This document shows positions 49,201-58,935 of a DNA stretch of 64,000 bases, in pieces (position 1 is the first letter of the stretch; each line of letters begins with the position of its first letter). The stretch comes from Schmidtea nova (taxonomy: Eukaryota): contig CM097884.1 in NCBI GenBank assembly GCA_044892505.1, positions 68,696,001 to 68,760,000 on the forward strand, in the 5' to 3' direction. The position numbers and the translations under genes are program-made. The notes beneath the pieces were generated by a model that saw only the letters and a list, made by a program, of their open reading frames with translations, had not been told where the DNA came from and did not search any database.

Positions 49201-52012
49201 ACGGTCGGAGTATCGTCCTTGCTATATTATTACATACAAAGACTTCTTCAGAATATTTTATTACACATTCTTTTGCTTCTGTATGTATAAAATCAGATTC
49301 TTGATAAACATAAAATATTTTAGGTTCTGTGGTACTTAAAGTGGTTGGATTAGCTTCTGGGCAATTTTCTACATCTAATAGTGAATATTTTTGTCCCCAT
49401 TTTGGATTCTGACAATCATAAGCGATCATACCTGTACTACTCTTTATTAAGTTAAGTAATATTGTTATCATCATTATTATAATAGGTATTGATAATCCAT
49501 GATTACTTTTTCCTGATTTCATCAATGTTTTATTTATTATTTTCTTTAATCGTCTTTCAACTTTTTTTTCTTGGGTATCTATTTCTATGGTAGGTGTCTC
49601 TATCGGCACTGTTTTATCGTATAAGATTTGCCACCCACCTTTAGACTGTATCCATGGTATCACTTCGGGTTTAAATTTTATTAATATTTGTTCGGCTACT
49701 CGATGTACTTGTTTCTCCGCATTTTTTATCAATACATATTCTGATCTATAAATGAGGTATGCCAATGCTGTTACTACTCTATCCCGATTGATTCCTGTTC
49801 TGAATAATATTTTCAAGACAACTTTTTCATTAACATCTTCAGTCACTAAGTTTTTTATATCTGTTGTAATTAGTTTAATTCGATTCCCTATGTTATCTGC
49901 TAAAGATGATATGTTTGCGTTGGAATATAATCTTGGGTATACAGTTTTAATCAAATCTATAATTATATCTGTATCTTCACTATTTGTTGACATTTCGCTT
50001 GCAATCTCTCTCAATTTTTCCGCCATCCGTTTACTGGTAAACTTATTTGTTATTTCTGACTCTTGTGACTCATCTCCATCTTGTTTTATCGTTTCAAAAT
50101 CCTCTGCTTCATATGTTACATCGTTTTTCTGACTCGCATCTGATATAGATATTCTTCTATCATTAGCAATCCATTCATCTAGCATTGATTCTAATCCCAC
50201 TTTAACTGATACGGTTATTATATTGTTATCAATTGAATTTATCCCATAGTCCATTAAAAAATCTTCACTTTGCATCTTTATTCCGTAAAAGTATAATACT
50301 ATTTCATCATTGATTCCTATTTCGCTGTACCAATTTGCTCTGGCTATTTGTTTTATCTTTTTCACTTTTGTACAAGTATGTACCCCTTGTTTATGAATGA
50401 TGATTTTAGGTGTATCTCCATTTTTTGTTTCTAATGTAATTTCCAAGGGTTCATGTAACTTCTCATTTTTTCGAACAAATTCACTATAACATCTCAACAT
50501 CTCTTTTATCTCAATTTCTAATTCAAACAACTTTGTTTCCTTTTGTCTTTGAGCCAATAGCGGTATCAAGTTTCTCAGATTCTCAAGATTTATCCCCTCT
50601 ACATGAATTTTATTTAATATTCTCAATACTTCATTATCATCTATAGGGTACTTTTTTAAAGATTCGTCCAATTCTTGCTTTAAAATATTATGTCTATCTA
50701 TCTCTGCTAGTAATTCTTCATCTCTTTCTCTTTGTTCTCTTAATTCATCATTATCCATCTTAACTTCATTAGTAAAAGTTTTAAACTCATTAATCAATAC
50801 ATTAATTTTATTCCTTTCAATTAGTCTCTCATATTTTGTCTTAAATTCTTGTAATTCATCCCTCAGCATCTCGATTTCATTATTGGGTTCTTTAACCTCC
50901 ATACCATTTATTTGTTTCACCTCTGGCTCCTTTTTAAACTGCACTCTGTTTGGTGATTCAACTCGTATATTTCTACATGCTTTTGCCATATGACCATACT
51001 TTTGACAATTAAAACATTTTATTTCACCTCGAAAATTAATTTTGTCTCTTCCATCATTATTAAATGGGCTAGGTCTTCTATCTCGATTATACATTTGTTG
51101 ATTTGGACTTGGTCGTCTACCTCTAAGATTATCTCTATTTGACCCAAAATTATATCTATTATCATCATATCTATTTCGATCAGAACTGTTCCTTGTATTA
51201 AAGTTATCCCTATAGTTCCGATTATCATTAAAACGACTATTTTTATTATATCGATTATTATCAAAATAATTATCCCTATTATAGTTTAAACGTCTCTCAT
51301 TATCTTTATTATATTCAAAGTAATTATTTTTATCATTTCTGGTAAATTCTACATAATTGTCATTTCGACTATTCGGTCTACCCCTTGGGCTATTTGACCT
51401 CTTATTATTTTCTGGTGATTGATTTCGACTTGCATTTGGACTCATCCTTTTTCTATTTTTAACAAAATTCAAATATAACTGCTTCATCTCTTCCCATGGA
51501 ATATTATCATCTTTATCAGTTACCTCAGATTTCCCTATTTTACTCTCTAATTCTACTGCATCAATTGTTGCGTTAGATCTATCTCTTTGAATTGCTTCAA
51601 TTCTTCGAGCTTTCTGAACTAGTTCGTTTAAATCTTCATATTCGACCATTATTAATGCCTTGTATAAATATTTTTGAATTCCACTCCAAAATTGATCCTC
51701 TATTAATTTCGCAGTATGTTCTCCTACTCCAAAAGCTTTTCGAGCTAACTCGGTCAAATTATACACATATTCTCCAATTGTTTCTCTGCTACCTTGGTAT
51801 CTATTTCTAAATTTTTGTACATTAATTTTCTGCAAATCTCGCTCAATTACAATTTCACCTCTTAAATTGTTGACTAAGTCTTCCCAATTTCTACCCTTAC
51901 ATTCTAAATTATTATATGCCTGCAATGCATAACCCTTTAAATATAATGGAATTCGTCTTTTTAACTCATCTTGTGTCCACCCACAAGCCTCTGCGTATTG
52001 TGCAATTTCATC
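43274..52012 (-). CDS. Single polyprotein Gag-Bcl2-like-Env-PR-RT-RH-IN-FN3-like/TM
   Basis: The frame stays open upstream of the listed TTG start (IAQYAEACGWTQDELKRRIPLYLKGYA). Zinc knuckle CFNCQKYGHMAKAC 50975-51016; protease LVDTGAAASLI ~47305; RT YMDD ~46060; RNase H TDAS ~45555; integrase HHCC + DDE core ~44450-44985; GPY ~44085. No stop or frameshift in 8.7 kb. Confidence 0.95.
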   Translation of the reverse strand, partial: DEIAQYAEACGWTQDELKRRIPLYLKGYALQAYNNLECKGRNWEDLVNNLRGEIVIERDLQKINVQKFRNRYQGSRETIGEYVYNLTELARKAFGVGEHTAKLIEDQFWSGIQKYLYKALIMVEYEDLNELVQKARRIEAIQRDRSNATIDAVELESKIGKSEVTDKDDNIPWEEMKQLYLNFVKNRKRMSPNASRNQSPENNKRSNSPRGRPNSRNDNYVEFTRNDKNNYFEYNKDNERRLNYNRDNYFDNNRYNKNSRFNDNRNYRDNFNTRNSSDRNRYDDNRYNFGSNRDNLRGRRPSPNQQMYNRDRRPSPFNNDGRDKINFRGEIKCFNCQKYGHMAKACRNIRVESPNRVQFKKEPEVKQINGMEVKEPNNEIEMLRDELQEFKTKYERLIERNKINVLINEFKTFTNEVKMDNDELREQRERDEELLAEIDRHNILKQELDESLKKYPIDDNEVLRILNKIHVEGINLENLRNLIPLLAQRQKETKLFELEIEIKEMLRCYSEFVRKNEKLHEPLEITLETKNGDTPKIIIHKQGVHTCTKVKKIKQIARANWYSEIGINDEIVLYFYGIKMQSEDFLMDYGINSIDNNIITVSVKVGLESMLDEWIANDRRISISDASQKNDVTYEAEDFETIKQDGDESQESEITNKFTSKRMAEKLREIASEMSTNSEDTDIIIDLIKTVYPRLYSNANISSLADNIGNRIKLITTDIKNLVTEDVNEKVVLKILFRTGINRDRVVTALAYLIYRSEYVLIKNAEKQVHRVAEQILIKFKPEVIPWIQSKGGWQILYDKTVPIETPTIEIDTQEKKVERRLKKIINKTLMKSGKSNHGLSIPIIIMMITILLNLIKSSTGMIAYDCQNPKWGQKYSLLDVENCPEANPTTLSTTEPKIFYVYQESDFIHTEAKECVIKYSEEVFVCNNIARTILRPSFTPDTVIITPQECENAFQSKKIKIHEIELKAQVGARVKQRVDVIGWSSQGGYCQGGEYRIWGHIIKNAVVRREYIVELRQFKASFDSITQKMMTHPFCTSKEVSCDTGESIVIYKVDPYDCPLTILKSLKFTAIKGKQFTNTESTKVRDRKRKTIVIQEKDTPTIYMTESSGEALRFVSKGEIIKCGKSIIQTNYKGLYLSKDEIKDAKIKVNKYDIKLSSYFNNKIDYFYHHQLMQLDRVYQETIINDCKLNREILRTKMALAITNPDLMAPMLFSERGAFARVVGEVIQTFQCKPVSVSLATNKQCTNELPVIYKGEKVYLQPITRILTDKNYIPKRIDKCTNLLDPLYKLDDETWITMSDKKVAIRPLNLEMTELDKKLEFIEVNDFDNNGLYTKEDIESARKHLLFPNEKEKVLTIIASKVIENSHDGQYNFDILLSKEHFKKVVYRVLYSIWGYFAILGNTFSTILGIYYSIALLKMICSSLVSLRQLRQVFGNSYKMLACLCPFIAKYLITAKHDKDIKRIIRKTTEERLIDDNTNQENNHTEEFDHTEPTQGGPYIIHMDQLRNLGNEIETNIPLKDYNTHTLIRKPKKVYGCYGLEEREEANDMRPRTQITINNQILNALVDTGAAASLIEEDLLTEKQLQNITSTNDELLSLSSHTIPIKGNVKLTVYFENQTIDHVFRVADICQRKCILGIDILKKLKNHVIDLSDNKIKRKINKSYKKPIEVSAIEEFELEYESDNIIPIKVNIQSDDIFIFEPNTTITENRNIMLTDECVIPKKGIIPIRIANFENRKIKIHKGTKLGQLSKYKYDIGEISIESNNLEDTIKPNDIKFYEKTTINNDYLDKVQQKLLQILIDKYNDVFAKHEFDLGDTDIIKHVIDTGNARPIKQRPYVTPYKLREEIKRQINELKGAGVIRQSFSQWASPIVPVRKKDGEIRMCIDYRKLNEVTTKDSYPFPKAQEQYDKLRGAKYFTVIDANKGYMQIQIEEGDIEKSAFVIENELYEFLRLPFGMVNAPATFQRLMNTILIDVQHCAVYMDDVLIASKTFEEHLEDIKNVLERFRKSKIKIKPTKCKWAEPSALYLGHIVSVEGIIPNPDKIKTVQRFPIPKSVKEVQGFLGLTGYYRKFIENYAKIAAPLIELTKGVKTKEDGRKTLIVQKLNKINEKPQKLWTQRQQSSFEQLKEKLVTAPILRYPDFTKQFIIMTDASGKAVGAVLGQEEEKGKDYVIAYASKTLKNAEIRYSTIEKECYAIMFALKQFKQYIYGSEVIIRTDHKPLEGLWKHKDTSSRLLKWAMKIQDMQIKIIYKPGRINKNADALSRIPELSALEVFAIVAENPIHIYEEQMNDPDLSKIRDEIKKGKNHKYKINKNLLIIESTTGNKLIIVPQKLRKILLLQYHDGTLGGHLSARKTANRLLQKYYWENLKNDVKAWCKACTICATRRNTGTKTRAPLRPIPVTTAPMELCAMDFLCKLPTTINGNKHILVFSDYFTKWAEAFPTKDETAETVAKLLTEKIIFKLGTPRKLLTDKGRNFMSETISRIANIFNIQKINTTAYHPQTDGLVERFNGTLLNRLSVFVNKNQNDWDEYINQCTYIHNITPNETTGYSPYYLMYLREPIMPIDTVFEPKISQYLDTPDYVTLMQERLQEVYKITNLKVKFRQEQYKDEYDKTAKPHNFKIGDKIRLMSPQVGKGKTTKLARPFKGPYEVIKVINENLHIQKNKNEDPTVVHVNRCKLAEDELPIIKPHKYNLRSQPQSILMISIITLIIFNTANANIINNKDIKIIREHDKITIINLNRNPMIQSYLKFINNSKVIQKTKNNEKKYIDRYTNLKPDTNYYFCTETPMWHLKKTQCEIIKTKSQKIYKRKKQRRSQTEKPRILNRIPLNKPAITINNWEEFQNLYHPQPKLLYKTWPMYVIIFSIILLITITMWIGTQTYRKYKWKRQRYRSSLIRYIPGRYTLSTLC
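47650..49500 (-). other. Chuvirus-type (class III, gB-related) envelope glycoprotein domain
   Basis: Signal-like IPIIIMMITILLNLIKSSTG, then AYDC..YSLLDVENC, YDCPL, CG..I..TNY.GLYL, DCKLNR, GAFARVVGE..CKPV, CTNELPV.Y..YLQPITRIL, then a hydrophobic anchor VLYSIWGYFAILG..IYYSIALLKMIC. Confidence 0.8.
49615..50035 (-). other. Bcl-2 family domain within the polyprotein
   Basis: BH3-like MAEKLREIASEM, BH1-like LFRTGINRDRVVTALAY and BH2-like VIPWIQSKGGWQIL, in the correct order and with plausible spacing. Confidence 0.8.
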
Positions 52013-54322
52013 ATTTTCTAGCGGGATAGTTGTTATTCTCGGAATTAAAACTTTTATTATAAAAATTATGTCGAAAATATTATAAATGAAATAAATATAT
52101 TAATTTATTTTAAAAAATTGATTGTTAAAATTTGAAAATGTCTAACACTAAGAGTTTGATTATTTTTACTTTTATTTGTTCTTTCGTTTAATTATTCAAA
52201 GTCATTCTTAAAAAGATTCTAGGGCTGTAACCTATTTTAAAAGTAGTCTTGGATTATTGTGCTCCCAAGTTGTTGGTATGTAAAATATACCATTTCACTG
52301 GTATCAATATCGAGGAGTTGTTTGAAATGCACTACGATATGGTGCTTTGGGCTGGAGTCAAATGAGTCGAAAACTGCATTCTAGCACCAATGGATGTTCT
52401 TGCTGTCATGATTTTAAACGACAGCAATCGGTTCATCTTTGGTAGCTGAAATGAGAAAGTCACACTATTCTGATATTTACAATACCAAATACATTAATTT
52501 GCGGAAGAATATCAAGATGATGCCGAAGAAGATTTGATTTAAATCAAAATTTACTTTAAAATTTCGTGGTTTTTATTGATGTTTCTTTTTGTTAATATTT
52601 TTGTGAATTTTCATTGACGCTTGGTAATTTTGAGAGTCATTCGTGTTTATTTATTGTCTTGTTGTTTGTCAATCCTTTTTATGATTTTTTTGTGTATTGA
52701 TCTTTTTTATAGAATTTTTATAAGTTGGAATTTGTTTTTGCAGATCAGTTATTTATGTGATTTGTAAAATTTCTATTGTTTTGCAAAAACTTTAGAAAAA
52801 TTAATAAATTTCAAAGATTTTTAAAAAGGTTTTAAAATTGAAATAAATATATATAATTTTTATTTTATGTCACTGGTTATGCAATGAAAATATTATATAA
52901 TTGAGTACTTAATTATAAAATATTATATAATTCTGAAATATTGCGTTAATTTTGTAACCTCCTAGAAATATAGGGAGACTAATTGTAATTGATAGAGTTT
53001 ATGGATAAATGACTTGTACCAGAGTGTTCACTTCTCCCTACTGATCAAATCAATAATAAATTCTAGTGTTCTTTTTTTCAGTGTAGTCATCAAGCTAAAA
53101 CATGAGGAAATTTAGCAGGTGGCGTTTTTTTGCGGAATGATAAAATTGCCAAAATTTTAACAGTATACGTTGATCCAATATTCAAAAACCAAAATTAGAA
53201 CATATTGTTATGGTTTGCATGAACAGGCACGAAATAAAATAAAACTTACAAAAATATACGCAAAAAATATAAAAGCCTGTAAATTTAAAAAATAATATTA
53301 AAATACAAAAATTAATTAGAAATTTGAAAATTTTGAAAGTAAAGATTTAGCGGGGAAACTAGTATAGGAGGATGAGACGAATTAAAATACGGTAAGATGA
53401 AATTAAAAAGGGCCCCGAAAAAATAGGAAAAAACAAATTAATTAAAGGAATTAATTATTCAATGGAAAACCCGAGTGATGTGAGGAACCCTAGCCATCAG
53501 CAAATATATCTAATTATCAAGAAAATCAGATGAGTAGAGGGAGTTCGGGCGAACAATCACAAACCCAATCAAAAACCCAATCACAAACCCAATCACAAAC
53601 AATCACAAACCCAATCACAAACCCAATTACGAAATTGGAAATCCCGCAGTAAAAAAGGAAGTCACTATAAAAACCCAGACAAATGGCTCAAATCGCCAAT
53701 TGGTCGAAGCATGAAAATTTAATTCCAAAATTAGCTATAGTTTTCAAAGAGAAGTTTTAAAGTTAAAAAAGGTTAGAATTTGTGTCGAATCAATTTTTGC
53801 GTACCAGAAAAGAATCTCCAACATGAAGACCTACCCCTAACGCAAGAACAGTGTAGAAAATTCTGTTTTTGTAATTTTGAAGCCAAATTTGAAAATAAAA
53901 ATTTTTGTGTTGGGTTTTGGTTAATTCGTTTATACAGAAAGGACACAGGGAGTCAGACAGTAATCGACTATTAAATAATAACCCAACAATATTTACTAAT
54001 GTAAAGTTTTTGTTTCAAAAATTAAATTTTATTTATGTTAAACTTTATTTCTTAGACTTTTTATAGCCAAAATAGTGAGAAACTTATCCCAGGATGAATA
54101 ATGTAAAAATTAATTCAGTTTGTGAATAATATAACTTGGTAAATAGAAGCATATTAAAAATTATGAAAGCCTAAATGTTTATTTTTTGCGGAAATATTTT
54201 CTGTTTTTTAAAATGAGGAAATACAAATATTTTTATTTCAAATTTATTCATCTTATTGAGTAATAATTATCTAGAAATGATGAGAAAATATTTAAAAATT
54301 CATTTTTACAAATATAATACAA

Positions 54323-56718
54323 ATGGAATATTCAAATACCTACTACTACAGTTTAGTCGATAATTCAAGATTTAATATGTATAAATCGCTGGCCAATGAA
54401 AATCGTCGAATAATCAATGACAATTTTAATCAAACAGCAAACACCAAAAAATCCAAAAAATACGAATGTGAAGTAAGAATATTCAACGAAATTGTAACCC
54501 GATACGAATTCGATGTATGTTATTTTTATTATTGTTTTATATATTATTAATTATTTATTATCCAGAGAAATTACACCGGATCGAATTTGGTATCAAAAAT
54601 CTGTCAAGATTTAAACATCGTAGAGAAAAACTTTTTTGGCTTGCAATACCTGTCTAAATTACATGGAAATAAAGTTAGAATTTTTATCAATAATTTATAA
54701 GTAATATTTAAAACATTATTTTTAGCGTTGGCTCAAACCCGATGAAAATATCGTCAAAGCAATGAGTAAGTGTCATCTAGAAAAAGGCTTTTGATTAATT
54801 ATTATAATTTTCACCTATTTCTAGAAGGAGTAAACAATATTGTATTTATTTTCATGTTTCAATATTATCCCTCCAATTTAATCTATGTGGAAGATTACAT
54901 GACAATCTATTATTTGATCGAACAACTTAAGAATGACATTCGAAATCAAAAGTGAGTTCAATCAATAAATAATAATAATAATAATAATAATAAATCTATT
55001 TTAGAATAAAATGCTCTATCAATGAATCAATAAAATTATCGGCAATTTTATTCTTTTCACAATACGGCAGTTATGATCGCGAGCAATTCAAATCGATACA
55101 TTTTGGTAGGGATAATTTAATTTGCCCGGAAATAATGAATAAGAAAGAAACAAGAAATGAATTTATTCATGAATATAAACAAATACAGTAAGAATTTATT
55201 TTATTGGGATATTATTTCAGTTTTATTTATCAAATTAATTTTTCTTTTAAGATCATTGACATTTTTGCAAGCCGATCTTTTATTTATTGATAAAGCACTC
55301 AACTATCCGGGATACGGAGAAGAACGATATCATGCAAAAGTAGGGAAAATTTTCAAATTTTTTCTCTAATTTTCAATTTTATTTTTAGTCACTGAAATCG
55401 CAAGATATTTTCATTGGAATATCTCCGAAAGGAATAACAGTCTATCACCCGAATCCAGAAGCGTTTTCATGGAAAAGTTACATCAATTGCTATGAAATGC
55501 TGGGAAATCTCACAATTTTATATTCGGACAAGATCGGAAAGAAACAATCCACAATGTTGCGAACATATGATAATGGATTTCTAATAGAACTGTTCAAACG
55601 GAACGAATATGCATATCGGTAATCAAATATTGTTTTTATTAATATTCCATTGATTGTTCCCATTTTATTAGAATGCTTCACAAGAAAACCTACAATATAA
55701 ATATCACTCCAACTAAACAAATGATAAATGTAAGTAAAATCTTAATTTTTCACTATTGATATATACAATTTTTTATCGAATACTTTTCTTTTTGTGAGAC
55801 TACCTTAATTCGTGCTAAATATGAAACACAATATTAACTGGTAGCCTGAGAGAATTGGGAGCAATATTGAAACATACAAAAAAATTAAGAATATGAAAAC
55901 TTTTTAATTGGATATTTTAATGATTTTTTTTGTTTTTTATTTAGGAATCTGAATATTCATCGGAAAAACCACCAATTCCAAAAAGACATAATTTTGTTTT
56001 AAGTGCAGAAAAAGAGAATGAAATTTTCACCAATGAAATGCAATCTCCGATTGCTTCAGAAACTTCATCCAATGAGTGCGATGAGAGAAATCAGTTGAGC
56101 GATCAAAACACAGATGACTCATGGTATCACAGTGATAACAGCGTATCTAGTAAGAAATCAACGAAAGCACTTGTTTGTGATCAATATGTTATGAAAGGAA
56201 ATCGCACTTCCGAACCCAGCGCCAGTTCACAATATTCATCAGATGAATCGATTAAAACCTTAGAGGAAAACGAAGTTCAGAATTCAGCCAATCACAAAGA
56301 AAGTTGTTCCGAAAATCGATGCCTCCTCAGTTTCATGGATAATATCAAATCGGGAAATTCTAGTGTCACGGGAAATATTGATTTACTTTCAGAACTAAAT
56401 GGCGGCGAAGATCTGGAATTAATTAAAAAAGGACAATGGACAAATCTTTTCGATGAAGTTTACCAATACATGGATTATTATGAGCTGCAACATGACGGCG
56501 ATTGCAACAATGAAACATTGAAACAGAATTCATTGCAAATTACCGAAGAAACGCCGAAAGAAATAAATGATTCGGAAAAGAAATACAATTCAACATCGAA
56601 ATTGGAAGATCAAACTTTTCATGAATCTTTCAATCCGAATAAATTGTCAACAAAAACTAAAAAGAAAAAAGGATTTTTGTGGAAATTGATCAAAAGTTTG
56701 AATAACTATTTCCGGTAA
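54323..56718 (+). CDS. FERM (band 4.1) domain gene, copy C
   Basis: Same exon structure as copy B with only scattered substitutions (e.g. EVYQY vs EVYRY). Confidence 0.9.
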
Positions 56719-57319
56719 TTGGGAAAATTAATCATTTACATTCATGGAGGATTTTTATATTTCTGATTGAATAATTGATAAATGTTTGCTGTGGTATTTA
56801 TTTGGCTTTCATTCAAGTCAAACTTATAAAATATCCCGATTAATAATGTTGTGCTAATATAGTTTCGGTAGGAACACATTTTATTCTGACTCCTTGTGTT
56901 CTTTGAAAATCAATGAAATCCAACAAAAAAAATGTTTATTTATTAAGAACACATTTCCACAACGTTAATACACTTCGATTTTTGCTTTGGCTAAACTATC
57001 CGAAGGACGTTACCCATGAAATCTGATAGAGACGATATTCATTTTTAATCACTGACGATTCTCCTTAATTTTCTTAAATTCTTAAATTTCTTACTCAAAA
57101 TATTTTTAAATATTTCTCCTCAGACCAATTGGTAATTTTATTGAGATGAATTGGTTTATATACCACTCTCAATCCCATCAATCACTCTGGAGAAGCATGA
57201 AATCCAACTCTTCACACTAATTTTAAAATTTGAAATTTTCTTTGTTAGTGGCGCTCTGATAAATAGTTTTCCGGCTTGTCAGATCTGCCACTTTACCTCC
57301 TTTCCACAATGATTGGTGA

Positions 57320-58933
57320 GTTTCAACTTTCCCCTTTCGCGTCTTGCTTCTAGATAAACATCTTGTGCGCTGGCCCCCTAGTAAAATTGCATTAGTTCTC
57401 GTATTGCTGCAACCTATGAAATTCAACGACATATCGTAATGTATAGTTCGAATTCTTTCAGAAATGTTTGTAGTTTATTTTTACTACCATTGAATTGTTC
57501 TAATCGCAATATTTACCTAAAATCTCATATGTTTTTGTTCGTTGTTGTTATGATGATTGATGATGTTCGGATGCTTGGATTAGAATTTTCCGTCACTTTA
57601 TCTTTTTCTTCTCTTTTTTCAACTAATTTATCTCCTCTATCTTAAAATTCTATGTCGATTTCTTCTTCAATTACGTTTTCTTGATTTTTTGAAACAAATA
57701 TTTCTATGGCCTTCCCGGTGTAATAACTTCTAACTCTACGGAGTTGAGTTTTATATATCGAAACTTCTTCTTTTCTTTGCATTTTCTCTATCGTTTTATT
57801 CTAATGAATTTTCTTCATTGTTACTTGTTTGACTTGCGATATTATTTTTTCTCTTTGATTTTTAACCCTTATATTCAATTTTCTCCTCAATTTATTGCTT
57901 CTTTACTTCTTATTTCTCAATTTCAACTTACAGTCCTTTGCTGCTTTTTTTTCTTTAATTGCCTTTTCAAAACTGACTCGACCGACTCAGGTTGATTGAT
58001 CTATATATACACTTTCAAAATCTTACAATATGTCTTTCTATTCATCTGATTTATCCTATCTCCGAATTTTTGCTACTCATATTTACATGACGTCTGACGT
58101 CATACATAAGGTTTTTCGTTAGTCCCCCTATATTTTAAGTCAGATTACAAACTGCTCTTACCCCGTAATTATTATCTATACTAGCTGTATTAATTATCCG
58201 GTCTCTCAATTCTTAATCTTTCCAAACAAAATGAAAATTCCGGATTTCAAAATTCGATTTATTTCTTAAACTTGCGAGATTCTAAATTCCTATTATTATC
58301 TCTTTTAATTTTCCTTAGATTTCCATATACACATGTGTCAATTCTTTCACTGTTTAGAATCTATTAATTCTTAATTCTCTTTCCTATATCTTTATATTCC
58401 AAATTATCGTTTAACTCTTTTTCATCATTATCATAGACTACGTTTATGTTAGAGTTTGAAATTATATCCGTGGGTCGTGTTATTGATCCTAATACTAACC
58501 TGTCTCGATTGCACTGCTCACCATCGGCAGGAATATGTTATTGATGGAGTAATAAGCCTCTTGGTCTCACTGCTAGTCACTAATTAAATCATGGGGTATA
58601 TTTTTGACTAAGTTCCTATCTAATCCCATTGCGGCGACTGTAACAAGGTCGTTAACGATTAATGAGATAACTGCTTGTCGATCCAGTGTGTCCCACTTGG
58701 TGGCGTATTTTCCTTGAGCTTGCGCCCGGGAACTCAACCATATCGTAGTTTAAATGTGAGTCTAGTACTCTGGATTTGGGTTTCTGAACTGAGTACTATC
58801 TCATTACGCCAAATATTACACTTGGATTTCGTTTTAAATTTTTTATTTGTATTTCTATTAATTATTACTCCAATAATATTTAACCTTTTCTCTAACAAAA
58901 ATAAAAATGCCTTGGTACCGTTTCAATTATTAA
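57320..58933 (-). mobile_element. Decayed LTR family copy F4 (leader plus gag N-terminus)
   Basis: Inverted homology to 27040-28345 and 29760-29910. QFNGSKNKLQTFLKEFELYITICR. Truncated at 57320, where homology to FERM-flank copy A begins. Confidence 0.75.
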
Positions 58934-58935
58934 TA

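Larger units (their letters stand above)
40351..52012 (-). mobile_element. Enveloped Ty3/Gypsy LTR retroelement, 5'-truncated
   Basis: Starts TGTTGAGG exactly where the empty site (57106/57107) continues AAATATTTCTCC, i.e. a 3' LTR ending ..CA on the minus strand. The inner LTR boundary is unresolved (candidate TCAACA at ~41027). 5' LTR, PBS and the Gag start are missing. Confidence 0.9.

Noticed and set aside
43553-51810. Plus-strand ORFs overlapping the polyprotein
   Set aside because: Antisense shadows of a long AT-rich ORF with no motifs, and many depend on non-ATG starts.
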